Assembly: GCA_937928045.1 (NCBI GenBank)
Contig: CALFWO010000005.1
Coordinates: 162,726 to 226,725 of the forward strand
Source: an uncultured Saprospiraceae bacterium
GTDB lineage: Bacteria > Bacteroidota > Bacteroidia > Chitinophagales > Saprospiraceae
DNA: 64,000 bases
Reading direction: 5' to 3'
The notes under the pieces are model-generated. The model was not told where the DNA came from and did no database searches. It was given only the letters and a program-made list of their open reading frames with translations. This document shows, piece after piece, positions 48,454-58,012 of the stretch. Each line of letters starts with the position of its first letter. Position 1 is the stretch's first letter. The position numbers were made by a program, and so were the translations under genes.

Positions 48454-49617
48454 TTAAAATTTTGTCCACTTTGATTTTGACTTTCCGCTAGCCACCACTT
48501 TCTCAATGAACTGCATACCTCGAACACCATCTTCAATTGTAGGAAAATCTGAGAATTGTTTCTTTGGTTTTTTACCAGCTTGATAAGCTCTAACGCTTTG
48601 TGCAAAATTTAAATAAATGGTAGCAAAAGCTTCCAAGTATCCTTCCGGATGACCAGCTGGAATTCTTGTAGCGTTTGAGGATTCTGGATAGATACCAGCA
48701 GACCCGGTTCTTAACAATTGCACTGGTTTGTCCAGCCATCGAGCTGTCAGGGTATTGGGTTCCATTTGGGACCAGTCTAGTCCTCCTTTTTCACCATAAA
48801 CTCTAATTCTAAGATTGTTCTCTTCTCCTGCCGAAATTTGAGAAGCCATCAGAACTCCTCGTGCGTCATTGTCAAATTTTAAAAGGACCGAACCATCGTC
48901 ATCCAATCTACGTCCTTTAACAAAAGTGTGCAAGTCCGCACAAAGGTGAGTGATTTTCAAACCTGTAATATACTCAGCAAGATTTTCGGCATGCGTTCCA
49001 ATATCTCCCATGGCTCCAGCAGCTCCAGATTTTTTAGGATCTGTTCTCCATGCAGCTTGTTTTTGATCACTAGCTTCTAACCTAGTGCTCAGCCATCCTT
49101 GTGGATATTCAACAACAATTTTTCGAATTTTTCCCAGTTTTCCTTTGGCGATCATGGCCTTAGCCTGTTTGACCATTGGATAGCCTGTATAGTTATGAGT
49201 CAGGGCAAAAACTAACCCTGTCTTTTTTACAATCTTTTGTAAAGCTTTGGCTTCTTTTAAATTGAATGTTGCAGGCTTATCACAGATTACATGAAAACCA
49301 TTTTCAAGCGCCATTTTCGCCGGAGGAAAATGAACATGGTTGGGAGTAACGATCGCCACAAAATCCATTCGCTCGGTTACGGGCAATGTTTTTTCCTTCT
49401 TAATCATCTCCTCATAGGAACCATAAACACGATCAGCTGGCAAAAAGAAATCTTTGCCAGAAAGTTTAGACTTCTTAGGATTGGAAGAAAATGCTCCGCA
49501 AACTAACTCTATTTGACCGTCAAGGGCTGCCGCCATTCTATGTACAGCTCCGATAAATGCTCCTCGGCCGCCGCCAATCATACCCATTCTAATCTTTCGC
49601 ATGTTTTTTTTGTGCAA
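48454..49617 (-). CDS. Gfo/Idh/MocA-family NAD(P)-dependent oxidoreductase
   Basis: Rossmann GxGxxG at the N-terminus (IRMGMIGGGRGAFIGAVH). EKP motif region (ICDKPATFNLKEAKAL). C-terminal α/β domain. Confidence 0.85.
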   Translation of the reverse strand: MHKKNMRKIRMGMIGGGRGAFIGAVHRMAAALDGQIELVCGAFSSNPKKSKLSGKDFFLPADRVYGSYEEMIKKEKTLPVTERMDFVAIVTPNHVHFPPAKMALENGFHVICDKPATFNLKEAKALQKIVKKTGLVFALTHNYTGYPMVKQAKAMIAKGKLGKIRKIVVEYPQGWLSTRLEASDQKQAAWRTDPKKSGAAGAMGDIGTHAENLAEYITGLKITHLCADLHTFVKGRRLDDDGSVLLKFDNDARGVLMASQISAGEENNLRIRVYGEKGGLDWSQMEPNTLTARWLDKPVQLLRTGSAGIYPESSNATRIPAGHPEGYLEAFATIYLNFAQSVRAYQAGKKPKKQFSDFPTIEDGVRGMQFIEKVVASGKSKSKWTKF

Positions 49618-49634
49618 GATAATAAGATGGAGAA

Positions 49635-50198
49635 TTACAACAAAGCTTCATAGACCAAGAAAGAAACGTAAATTAATTTGAAAGACCAGAGAAGTGTCCG
49701 AATCCAATTTCCACGAATCAAACTTTTGATGACCCCGTTATCTTTTCCGGCCGATAATTTGTTGTGTTGAGGGACTTGAATAAAAAAGGTGCTTAACCAA
49801 ATTGATAAGACAATCATAAATGGAAGGAACCAATCTCCATTGACACCAGATCTCATAACAAGCCAGCCATTGAGACCAAACTCTACCAACATGAGAGGCA
49901 TTACAATCCATAATACAAAACCCGTGTATTCGTTGTGATATCTGTTCCAATTTTCTTCGCTGAGCCATCGAAATCCTGGATAAACTACTAACTGAACCAT
50001 CCATATAACTCCGAAAAGGGTGGCGCTAATGATAAGATTTAAGATAAGTTCTGTTTGAGAGATGTATTCCATAAAGTGTGACAAAGGTGGTGATAATTTT
50101 TTGCTATTCAAAAGATGTTTATCAATTGAAATTGTTCCAAAACCTATTAATAAGAAGGTCATTGAAGATATTAGAATTTTATGTTCAAATTTCATCCT
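49635..50198 (-). CDS. integral membrane protein (DUF1772-like), start trimmed to internal Met
   Basis: Multiple TM helices (…LIISATLFGVIWMVQLVVYPGF…FVLWIVMPLMLVEFGLNGWLV…). The ORF extension to 50399 would overlap tag on the opposite strand. Confidence 0.45.
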   Translation of the reverse strand, partial: RMKFEHKILISSMTFLLIGFGTISIDKHLLNSKKLSPPLSHFMEYISQTELILNLIISATLFGVIWMVQLVVYPGFRWLSEENWNRYHNEYTGFVLWIVMPLMLVEFGLNGWLVMRSGVNGDWFLPFMIVLSIWLSTFFIQVPQHNKLSAGKDNGVIKSLIRGNWIRTLLWSFKLIYVSFLVYEALL

Positions 50199-50221
50199 TT
50201 TGTTAACTTCACATAAAAAAA

Positions 50222-50818
50222 ATGAAAAAAGGGTTGATAAAAAGTGCTGATGGAAAAGTTCGTTGTTGGTGGCCCGCCGAACATGAAGATTATCTGAAGT
50301 ATCATGACACTGAATGGGGTAGACCAGTCCATGACGATATTCGTCTATTTGAAAAAATCTGTTTAGAAGGATTCCAATCGGGCTTATCTTGGTTAACAAT
50401 TCTGAGGAAAAGGGAAAACTTTAGGAAGGCATTTAAAAATTTTGATTTTAATAAGGTTGCTCGTTTTAATGAGAAACATGTCGAAAAATTACTTCAGGAT
50501 GCAGGGATCATTCGTCACCGTGGCAAGATAGAAGCATCAATAAACAATGCTAAAAGGGCGAAGGAAATGGTGAAAGAATTTGGATCATTGTCAGAATACT
50601 TTTGGAAATTTAAACCACCCGCAAGTGAAAGACCGAAGGTTTTGGATTACGAGGCCGCGATGAAATTGAATAAAACGCCGTCTTCAATAAGCTTGAGTAA
50701 AGATTTGAAAAAAAGAGGTTGGAAGTTCGTAGGACCGACTACCGCTTATGCTTTTATGCAAGCGATGGGTTTAGTAGATGATCATTTAGAGGGATGCTTT
50801 TGTAAAGGGAAGAAATAA
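50222..50818 (+). CDS. tag: DNA-3-methyladenine glycosylase I
   Basis: CWWP…YHDTEWGRPVHDD…FEKICLEGFQSGLSWLTILRKRENFRKAF plus C-terminal CxxxxC-type zinc-site remnants (HLEGCFC) match the Tag family. Confidence 0.85.
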   Translation: MKKGLIKSADGKVRCWWPAEHEDYLKYHDTEWGRPVHDDIRLFEKICLEGFQSGLSWLTILRKRENFRKAFKNFDFNKVARFNEKHVEKLLQDAGIIRHRGKIEASINNAKRAKEMVKEFGSLSEYFWKFKPPASERPKVLDYEAAMKLNKTPSSISLSKDLKKRGWKFVGPTTAYAFMQAMGLVDDHLEGCFCKGKK

Positions 50819-50825
50819 TTTTTTA

Positions 50826-51944
50826 CTAAATATCTACCTTTTCAAAATAGGCTCGCTCAGTTAAATCTGACCATGGGCGACCTTTACTTCTAAAGGATTG
50901 ATAAGAAGCGTAAATTTTTCTACACATCTCATCGGATTCCGCTAACTCTTGAATTACGTCTTCGGTATACTTTTTCAATTGAATCATCACTTCATCAGGA
51001 TACGATCGAATTTCAGCCGAAGATTCTTTCTTAATTTTAGCTAAATACTCTCCATTCTTAGCATCGAACTCAGCCAGCATCCATTGATTCAATCTTTCAG
51101 CAGCGCATCTAACAATAGCTTGGAGGTCTTCTGGCAAGCTTTCAAATTTTTCTTTATTGAAGATCATTTCCAGAGCTGTACCAGGTTCATGCCATCCCGG
51201 AGTGTAATAATATTTCGCAATTTGATGAAAGCCCATTTTGTAATCATGGTATGGACCAATCCATTCAGTAGCGTCGATGATTCCTCTTTCTAAGCCCGTA
51301 TACAATTCGCCGCCTGGAAGCAATACTGCGGTACCACCTGCTTTGGCAAGAACCTTTCCGCCAAGGCCAGGCATGCGCATTTTTAATCCTTGAAGATCGT
51401 CAACAGAATTTATTTCTTTATTGAACCAACCGCCCATTTGTACACCGGTATTCCCACCGGGCATAGGAATTAGGTTGAATGGAGCATAGAGTTCTTCCCA
51501 TAGCTGAAGGCCGCCGCCACAGTATAACCAGGAATTTAGCTGTTGGGCATTCATTCCAAAAGGTATGGAGCCGAAGAACTGCGCTGCAGGAGATTTTCCA
51601 GCCCAATAATAGGCGGCGCCACTAGCACATTCTGCGACCTCATTTCTTACAGCATCAAAACAATCCAAGGCAGGGACCAACTCTCCACCTCCATAAACCT
51701 CTATTTCCAAACGTCCACCACTCATCACCTTGACCCATTCAGCCCAAAGTTTAGCGCCTTCTCCTAATACCGGAAAATTCGGTGGCCAAGTGGTTACCAT
51801 TTTCCATTTGTATTTCTTTTCGGTATGAATGGCTGCGGTGTTGCTGTTTTGCTGAGCAATCGGATCTCCTCCACAAGATCTTATAACAAGCGGTAGAGAA
51901 ATAGTACCTAAAGCCAATCCCTTGAAAAATGTTTTCCTTTTCAT
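50826..51944 (-). CDS. periplasmic solute-binding protein, probably TRAP-transporter DctP-like, with Tat-like signal; no adjacent permease genes
   Basis: KRKTFFKGLALG resembles an RRxFLK Tat motif. The α/β periplasmic binding-protein-like pattern (…WKMVTTWPPNFPVLGEGAKLWAEWVKVMSGGRLEIEVYGGGELVPA…) resembles DctP-family proteins. No DctQ/M nearby. Confidence 0.45.
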   Translation of the reverse strand: MKRKTFFKGLALGTISLPLVIRSCGGDPIAQQNSNTAAIHTEKKYKWKMVTTWPPNFPVLGEGAKLWAEWVKVMSGGRLEIEVYGGGELVPALDCFDAVRNEVAECASGAAYYWAGKSPAAQFFGSIPFGMNAQQLNSWLYCGGGLQLWEELYAPFNLIPMPGGNTGVQMGGWFNKEINSVDDLQGLKMRMPGLGGKVLAKAGGTAVLLPGGELYTGLERGIIDATEWIGPYHDYKMGFHQIAKYYYTPGWHEPGTALEMIFNKEKFESLPEDLQAIVRCAAERLNQWMLAEFDAKNGEYLAKIKKESSAEIRSYPDEVMIQLKKYTEDVIQELAESDEMCRKIYASYQSFRSKGRPWSDLTERAYFEKVDI

Positions 51945-52327
51945 TTAATGAAGTTAATAAAACTATTGACAATGCATTAAAATTAACTTATTCAGTTTGT
52001 GCTATTTTAATTCTAGAAAAGCCCAACGTCGAATTCATTAATATTGAATTATTTAAGAGAAATTACAGAAAGCCTCGGTCATTCTATCTTGGGCGCCCGA
52101 TCATCAACAGATTTTCTTGAATTAAAAATGATTTGGGTGAGCCCGTTGGGCCGGGTCATTCGCTCCATCCTGACTTTTTGTCAGTATCCGCTGCTACCCC
52201 TCTCACGTTCCACAGTAGTGCGCTGTGATATTAATTTATGGTAAACTAGGTCGCTCAGTTGAACTTTACAAAAGTAAGTTCCAATTGACGAAAGTGGTTA
52301 AGAGAAATGCTTCTGGGAATTGGAAGG

Positions 52328-54991
52328 TTACCAATAAAACTGAATGTTGAGATTAGGAGTTATTCCAAGATCTGTTTTATTTGTATAGTTCAAACGAATT
52401 TTTTCGTCTGGTTTTTTATCAATAAAAAAGGAACGGTAAATAAAATTTTTTTGATTGTAGATGTTCAAAATGGAAAATCCAATTACTGCTTTCCATTTAC
52501 GTGTTTCAGAAGCAGGAATATTGTATAGAATTGTTGCATCCAGTTGATGTCTAAATGGCAATCTTCCACTGTTGTATTCATTTACAATTGGAACTATGGT
52601 TTCTTTGGTTCCGGGTCCATTGTTAGTTGTTCTAACTTCGAAGTTTTCAATAAGGGAAAACGGTGTTCCCGATGAACCTTTCCATCCTATTGAAAAATTA
52701 AAGTTTTTCAATTTATACAAATGTACCCATTGTAAAATATGAGGTTGTTCAATGTTCGCTGAAAATTCCAAGTCAAAAAACCTAGGAAATGAATGATCAA
52801 TTTGACTAAGCGAATAACTGGCCCAAGATTGATAATTGAACCATCTTTTTTTGATAAGGAAATCGAATCCTTTTATTTTAGCAGTCCCCGGCTTGTAATT
52901 GCCTTGGATCATTTCATCGAAGCCGGTAGCCAATGATGACAACCCATCTATGGTTTTATAATATCCTTGTAATTCAACGGTCCAGCGATTTTTCATAAAT
53001 ACACCGCCTATTTGAAATTGATTAGAACTTAAGACTGGCACTTCTTGGTTTCCTGCAAGTACCCACACTGGAGTTTCGATGCTAGAATTGTCACCTGCGA
53101 TTTGGATCAACTGGCTTAGGAATTGTTGATATCTTCCAGCTTTGAAATTGAATTGTAATAAGTTATTTGGTTGATACCAAAGCCTCAATCTCGGCGAGAA
53201 ATAATTTGATTTCTCCTTTTCGAAATAGCTATATCTAATTCCTAGATTAAATCCAATCTTTTTTCTAGTGGATGAATTGAAACTGGTGTATGTAGCATGA
53301 ACATTGGAAGTTAAATCCCGTTGAACATCATCCTGAGGATTATTTTGCAACTGATTAATGATCTGATGGCTGACATTATATCTAGTCAACTGATAACCTA
53401 ATTTAATTTCAACAATTGAATTTTCATAAATGTCTTTTAAGGAATAGTTGTTACTAAAATGCAGTTGTTTCTCATTGATTTTTGAACTTTTAATTCCATT
53501 TTTTCTATTTCCGTTCTCATTCTGACTTTTAACTTCATAGTCGTAGTCATAGAAATAATCAGAAGAAAGAAACGAAATTGATGATTGAAATTTGGAATTC
53601 CATAAATGATTCCATTTGATTTTAGTCCCAGAATTTTTAAGATATAAACTATCGTTTTGAAGGCTTTTTTCCCTGGTGTTGTCAATGGTTGATTTAAAAT
53701 CATTATTACCATAAAGCCATGCGATCTCGAGATTATCGCTGTTTGATAAGTTTACATTTGCACTTACGTTTGCATCTAGAAAATTAAAGTCTTCTTCAAT
53801 TATTAGGTCTTTAGGAATTCTTCCAGGATTTTCAAGCTCAAGAAGAATACCTTGCTGAATCCTACGTGTGATACTGTTGTAGGTAGGTGAACGCCAGATT
53901 TCAGAGATGGATCTTCTGACAGAGTAGATAATGTTTAGTTTATTTTCCAGAAGAGAAAGATTTCCATGTGCTGAAGCATTAATGAAATTTAATCCAAGAC
54001 CAAAGTTCTTTTTCCTATCAATATTATTTTTAGACTTTAAATCTATTAATCCCGAAATTCTGCCACCATAGTCAGCTCCAAAACCTCCGCGGAAAACTCT
54101 TGCCTGATCCATAATTTCTGGATTTAGCGCAGAGATCATTCCGAAATAATGCGCTGAATGATATAGCGGAATATCTTCCCACAAAATAAGGTTTTGGTCA
54201 GAAGAACCTCCTCTAATACTTAGACTAGCAGAAGAGCCATCAGTAGAAGTAACACCTGGCAAAAATTGTATGCTATTCAATACATTACCGTCTGATTGCC
54301 CGGGTAAAGTTTTTAGTTTTTGTGGATGTACATCAGTGAAATCACCATTCTTCCTAAGTGAAATTCCATCCGTTATATAATCGGTAACAACAACAAGGCC
54401 TTGCTCAATTTCATTAAGTTTCAAATATATTTCTGAACAGTCACCATTACTAATATCACTGGCTTTTAATATTTTATCTTGGTATCCTATATAGCTAATT
54501 ATTACTTGGTCAGATAATTCTGCCTCTATTTGATATTTGAATTTTCCTTCTAAATCCGCAGCAATACCTTTTTTTCTATTAGGAATGAAAATGTTCGCAA
54601 GTACTAATGGGTCACCAGTTTTTTCGTCAAGTATTTGTCCACAGAATGTAAGTGATGGTAAAGAAATACCAGATTCTTTTAATAGCTTATCATTTATTTG
54701 GTAAATTAAAACGTAGCGATTTTCAACTACTTCAAAATCGAGTTCTTTGTTTAAAAGTAATTGAGCTAAAAATTCGTTTATTGAGGTTGAGTGAAAAGAT
54801 CCACTTATCCTGATGCCATCTATTGCTGTTTCAGGGTAAGAAAATAGAAATCCATTTTCTTTTTCTATTTGAGAAAAAACATCAACAAGCGAGGCATTCT
54901 CTACTTCAAGATTAATCGGATATGTTTGTCCAGATGCGAATATCGTCAAGAACAAAAATGAAAGAACAACAAGGCATTGTTTAAAGTACAA
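52328..54991 (-). CDS. TonB-dependent transducer (STN signalling domain + CarboxypepD_reg-like + plug + barrel) of a FecIRA-type cell-surface signalling system
   Basis: Signal peptide. N-terminal STN-like domain (LVDVFSQIEKENGFLFSYPETAI…FLAQLLLNKELDFEVVENRYVLIY). Plug and 22-strand-sized barrel ending …NIQFYW. Immediately downstream of the FecR gene. Confidence 0.85.
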   Translation of the reverse strand: MYFKQCLVVLSFLFLTIFASGQTYPINLEVENASLVDVFSQIEKENGFLFSYPETAIDGIRISGSFHSTSINEFLAQLLLNKELDFEVVENRYVLIYQINDKLLKESGISLPSLTFCGQILDEKTGDPLVLANIFIPNRKKGIAADLEGKFKYQIEAELSDQVIISYIGYQDKILKASDISNGDCSEIYLKLNEIEQGLVVVTDYITDGISLRKNGDFTDVHPQKLKTLPGQSDGNVLNSIQFLPGVTSTDGSSASLSIRGGSSDQNLILWEDIPLYHSAHYFGMISALNPEIMDQARVFRGGFGADYGGRISGLIDLKSKNNIDRKKNFGLGLNFINASAHGNLSLLENKLNIIYSVRRSISEIWRSPTYNSITRRIQQGILLELENPGRIPKDLIIEEDFNFLDANVSANVNLSNSDNLEIAWLYGNNDFKSTIDNTREKSLQNDSLYLKNSGTKIKWNHLWNSKFQSSISFLSSDYFYDYDYEVKSQNENGNRKNGIKSSKINEKQLHFSNNYSLKDIYENSIVEIKLGYQLTRYNVSHQIINQLQNNPQDDVQRDLTSNVHATYTSFNSSTRKKIGFNLGIRYSYFEKEKSNYFSPRLRLWYQPNNLLQFNFKAGRYQQFLSQLIQIAGDNSSIETPVWVLAGNQEVPVLSSNQFQIGGVFMKNRWTVELQGYYKTIDGLSSLATGFDEMIQGNYKPGTAKIKGFDFLIKKRWFNYQSWASYSLSQIDHSFPRFFDLEFSANIEQPHILQWVHLYKLKNFNFSIGWKGSSGTPFSLIENFEVRTTNNGPGTKETIVPIVNEYNSGRLPFRHQLDATILYNIPASETRKWKAVIGFSILNIYNQKNFIYRSFFIDKKPDEKIRLNYTNKTDLGITPNLNIQFYW

Positions 54992-54996
54992 TTAAA

Positions 54997-55944
54997 TTAA
55001 TTTTTAGAAAGTTTAACTTTTCTATTCTGTAGTATATTAAACTTTATTCCTAGAGGGGAGAGGGTCGTTTTTAAAGCCAATTCTAGATTATCCTTTTGAA
55101 AGTTACAAGTAATTACTTCATTAATATTAATGTCAGTATTATCAATATCAATATTGAATTGTCTTTCCAGTTCCTGTAGCACTTCTTTTAATGCAACTTT
55201 TCTAAATTTAAATATTCCGTTCGTCCAAGCAGCTTGATTGGTGTTACCTATATCCCATTTTTTAGTCTGGATTCCTGAGGAGATTCGAACGGCTTCTCCC
55301 GCAGATAATTCTACCATTTTTTTTCCTAACTTATTCATAATCGCGACCTTTCCTTCCTGACAGCTTACCTCTAAATTTTGATCTCGAGCATAAACATTAA
55401 AATGAGTACCCAAGACCAAAACAGATCCACTGCTCGTATAAACTTCAAAGGTTGACCCTTTTTTTACTTCGAAATACGCTTCGCCTGATAAGTTTAATTT
55501 TCGTTCTTTTAACCAATTTTTGTCGTCAAAAGAAATCTCACTTTCCGCATTTAGAATAAATGTAGACTGATCAGGCAATACGCCAGTTTTGTTTTCTCCT
55601 TTTGATATTTTGTAGTTGGTTACAGTAGAAGATTTGGGCCAAAAAAAGATTCCAATCAAAATTAAAGCAGTAGCCGCTAATCCATATTTTAACCAAGGTG
55701 ATAAAAAATCTTTTCGACTGCTATTTGTTTGATTATTCTCTTTCTTAGCAACCGATTCCGCCTTCTTATGGTTCAAAATATTATGTAGCATGCTAGTCTT
55801 GTCAAACTGAGGTGCCATCAAATGCTCCGTTTGTTTATACAACTCTAGCAAAGATTTATATTCTGGTCTAGCTTGAAAAATTTTCAATTCTTCGTCAGAA
55901 ATGCTTCCTGCTATCCATTTATGTAAAAGTTCGTCATTTTCCAT
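54997..55944 (-). CDS. FecR-family anti-sigma factor / signal relay protein
   Basis: Cytoplasmic N-terminus, single TM (LAATALILIGIFFW), then a periplasmic FecR-type domain (…LPDQSTFILNAESEISF…SGEAYFEV…). 60 nt downstream of the ECF sigma gene. Confidence 0.85.
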   Translation of the reverse strand: MENDELLHKWIAGSISDEELKIFQARPEYKSLLELYKQTEHLMAPQFDKTSMLHNILNHKKAESVAKKENNQTNSSRKDFLSPWLKYGLAATALILIGIFFWPKSSTVTNYKISKGENKTGVLPDQSTFILNAESEISFDDKNWLKERKLNLSGEAYFEVKKGSTFEVYTSSGSVLVLGTHFNVYARDQNLEVSCQEGKVAIMNKLGKKMVELSAGEAVRISSGIQTKKWDIGNTNQAAWTNGIFKFRKVALKEVLQELERQFNIDIDNTDININEVITCNFQKDNLELALKTTLSPLGIKFNILQNRKVKLSKN

Positions 55945-56004
55945 TTTTAGTTGATAATTATTACTTCCGATCTAAATACAGCCGAGTTCCTTAAAGACCT
56001 ACCT

Positions 56005-56517
56005 TTAAGGAATTAATTTGGAGACTTTTCTTAAACTATTTAAAGCATTATACATTCTCTTTTCTACAGCTTGCTTGCTAATTCCGAGGAGACTTGCTAT
56101 TTCTTTATAAGTTTTTTTGTCGATTCTACTCATTAAAAATACAACTCGCTGCTTCTCGGGTAATTCAGAAATCGCTTGTTCTAGTTGTCTTTGGAATTCT
56201 TTTTCTTCGATAATAAATTCAGGATCTTGAATATTGATGTTATTGGTTGAACGTTGTTCAAAGGCCAAAACCACCTTCTGATGACTAATTTGATTGAGCA
56301 TTAGATTTTTGGCAGTTTTAAAAACATATCCTTTGGCGGTAGCAAAAATCACTTTTTTGCAATTCTGCCAAAGTTTTACGAATGCTTCTTGAGTGAGATC
56401 CTGTGCTAAATTTTTATTCCCCGTTTTGTAAAAGAGGTAGTTATGAAGCGAAATCGCATACTCGTCAAAAACTTGGGAGAAAGTGGCCTCGTCACACAGA
56501 GAAATTGGTTTACTCAT
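56005..56517 (-). CDS. ECF (sigma-70 family group IV) RNA polymerase sigma factor
   Basis: Region 2 (LAQDLTQEAFVKLWQN) and region 4 HTH (KTYKEIASLLGISKQAVEKRMYNALNSLRK). Confidence 0.85.
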   Translation of the reverse strand: MSKPISLCDEATFSQVFDEYAISLHNYLFYKTGNKNLAQDLTQEAFVKLWQNCKKVIFATAKGYVFKTAKNLMLNQISHQKVVLAFEQRSTNNINIQDPEFIIEEKEFQRQLEQAISELPEKQRVVFLMSRIDKKTYKEIASLLGISKQAVEKRMYNALNSLRKVSKLIP

Positions 56518-56655
56518 AATTATTTCGAATTTTTCTTCAAAACAAAGTAGGTCTTTTGTAAAACGCCCTGTCTTTATATTAAAGAGACGAATTCGCCTGC
56601 AAATTACGGATAACAGTTGATTTTGTTGTGTTCTATAATTATATATCTGAAGCCG

Positions 56656-57867
56656 ATGAACAAGAAAAATGTAGAAGATATTTTAGCACGAAGAGAAATT
56701 TTATTGCTGCTATTGATATTGATTGGATTTACTTCTTGTGTTCCGGACAATAATCTAGGTAGTGATACAATTGATATAAATACACTTGATCCAAACAACG
56801 GAACAAACTCGAATAGTACCTCAATGGTGGAATTGGGTAGGCAATTGTTTTGGGATCCAGTATTATCTGGTGGAATGGATGTGGCTTGTGTAAGTTGTCA
56901 TCATCCTGATTTTGCTTATGCTGATGGTAGGGCATTGCCTATTGGCGTTGGAGGACAAGGACTGGGGCCACAAAGAATTGATGCAGTAAATGACAACATT
57001 GGTTTGGTAGGAAGAAATTCTCCAACTATCCTTAATACGGCATTTAACGGGCTGGATGAAAATGGAAATTTTAATCCAGTAACCGCGCCTATGTTTTGGG
57101 ACAATCGGGCGCAAAGTTTGGAATCTCAAGCTATCCAACCTTTGCTATCATTTGAAGAAATGCGGGGTCATGCCTTTGATGAAACGGTGGCCATAGATAG
57201 TATTGTAGCGCGTCTTGAAGCGATACCAGAATACGTCTTAAATTTCAACAATGTTTTTGGGAATAATTCTTCCATTAATTCTGATAATATTGGTACTGCT
57301 ATAGCCGCTTTCGAACGGACCATTTTAGCAACGGATAGTCCTTTTGATCGATTTCAAGCAGGCGACAATAGTGCTTTGACAAATGCTCAGATTAGAGGAA
57401 TGAATACCTTTCAAAGAGTTGGATGCGAAGATTGCCACAGTGGCTCAATGTTTTCAGATTTTGAATTACATACTATTGGTGTGCCGGATAGTCCACTTTT
57501 AAATGAAACAGATTCTGGTGCCAATGGGAACTATGAGTTTCGAACTCCAACTCTAAGAAACCTTCCGCAAACAGGCCCTTATTTTCACAACGGAGTTGCA
57601 GGTTCATTGGAAGAAACAATTCGATTCTATATAACTGCAAGAAATTTCGCAAACAACAATGGAAATGGTGGACCAGAAAATTTAAAGATTAACCCTAATG
57701 TAAACAGAAATCAATTGGACAACGATATTAGAAATCTGGGCCCAATAAATAATAACAATGTTCAAGATATTATCCAGTTTTTACATGCATTGAACGACAC
57801 GAATTTTGATAAAATAATTCCTACTTCGGTTCCAAGTGGATTGAATCCCGGTGGTAATATTAACTAA
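56656..57867 (+). CDS. di-heme cytochrome c peroxidase (CcpA/MauG family) lipoprotein
   Basis: Lipoprotein signal (LILIGFTSC). Two heme-binding CxxCH motifs (CVSCHH, CEDCHS). Family-typical spacing and the PxFHNG region (GPYFHNGVAGSLEE). Start placed at the internal Met (MNKKN…). Confidence 0.85.
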   Translation: MNKKNVEDILARREILLLLLILIGFTSCVPDNNLGSDTIDINTLDPNNGTNSNSTSMVELGRQLFWDPVLSGGMDVACVSCHHPDFAYADGRALPIGVGGQGLGPQRIDAVNDNIGLVGRNSPTILNTAFNGLDENGNFNPVTAPMFWDNRAQSLESQAIQPLLSFEEMRGHAFDETVAIDSIVARLEAIPEYVLNFNNVFGNNSSINSDNIGTAIAAFERTILATDSPFDRFQAGDNSALTNAQIRGMNTFQRVGCEDCHSGSMFSDFELHTIGVPDSPLLNETDSGANGNYEFRTPTLRNLPQTGPYFHNGVAGSLEETIRFYITARNFANNNGNGGPENLKINPNVNRNQLDNDIRNLGPINNNNVQDIIQFLHALNDTNFDKIIPTSVPSGLNPGGNIN

Positions 57868-58012
57868 TTAACTAATTAACTGCTTAATGCTCAAGGACGC
57901 TTGAGTGTGAATCTTAATTTAAAGCAATGCTTTAAGTAGGCCCCTTTTGTCAATTTTCAAAATTGTACTCGTACTGAAGAATATTTATTCAAATAACTAA
58001 AAACATTTAAAT

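Noticed and set aside
47892-48605. Full 237-aa ORF for the DUF4287-like gene
   Set aside because: The upstream 57 codons overlap the 5' end of the Gfo/Idh/MocA gene. The conserved domain begins at the internal Met (48434).
49635-50399. Full 254-aa minus-strand ORF
   Set aside because: The N-terminal 67 codons overlap the well-supported tag gene on the opposite strand and lack membrane character. Trimmed to the internal Met at 50198.
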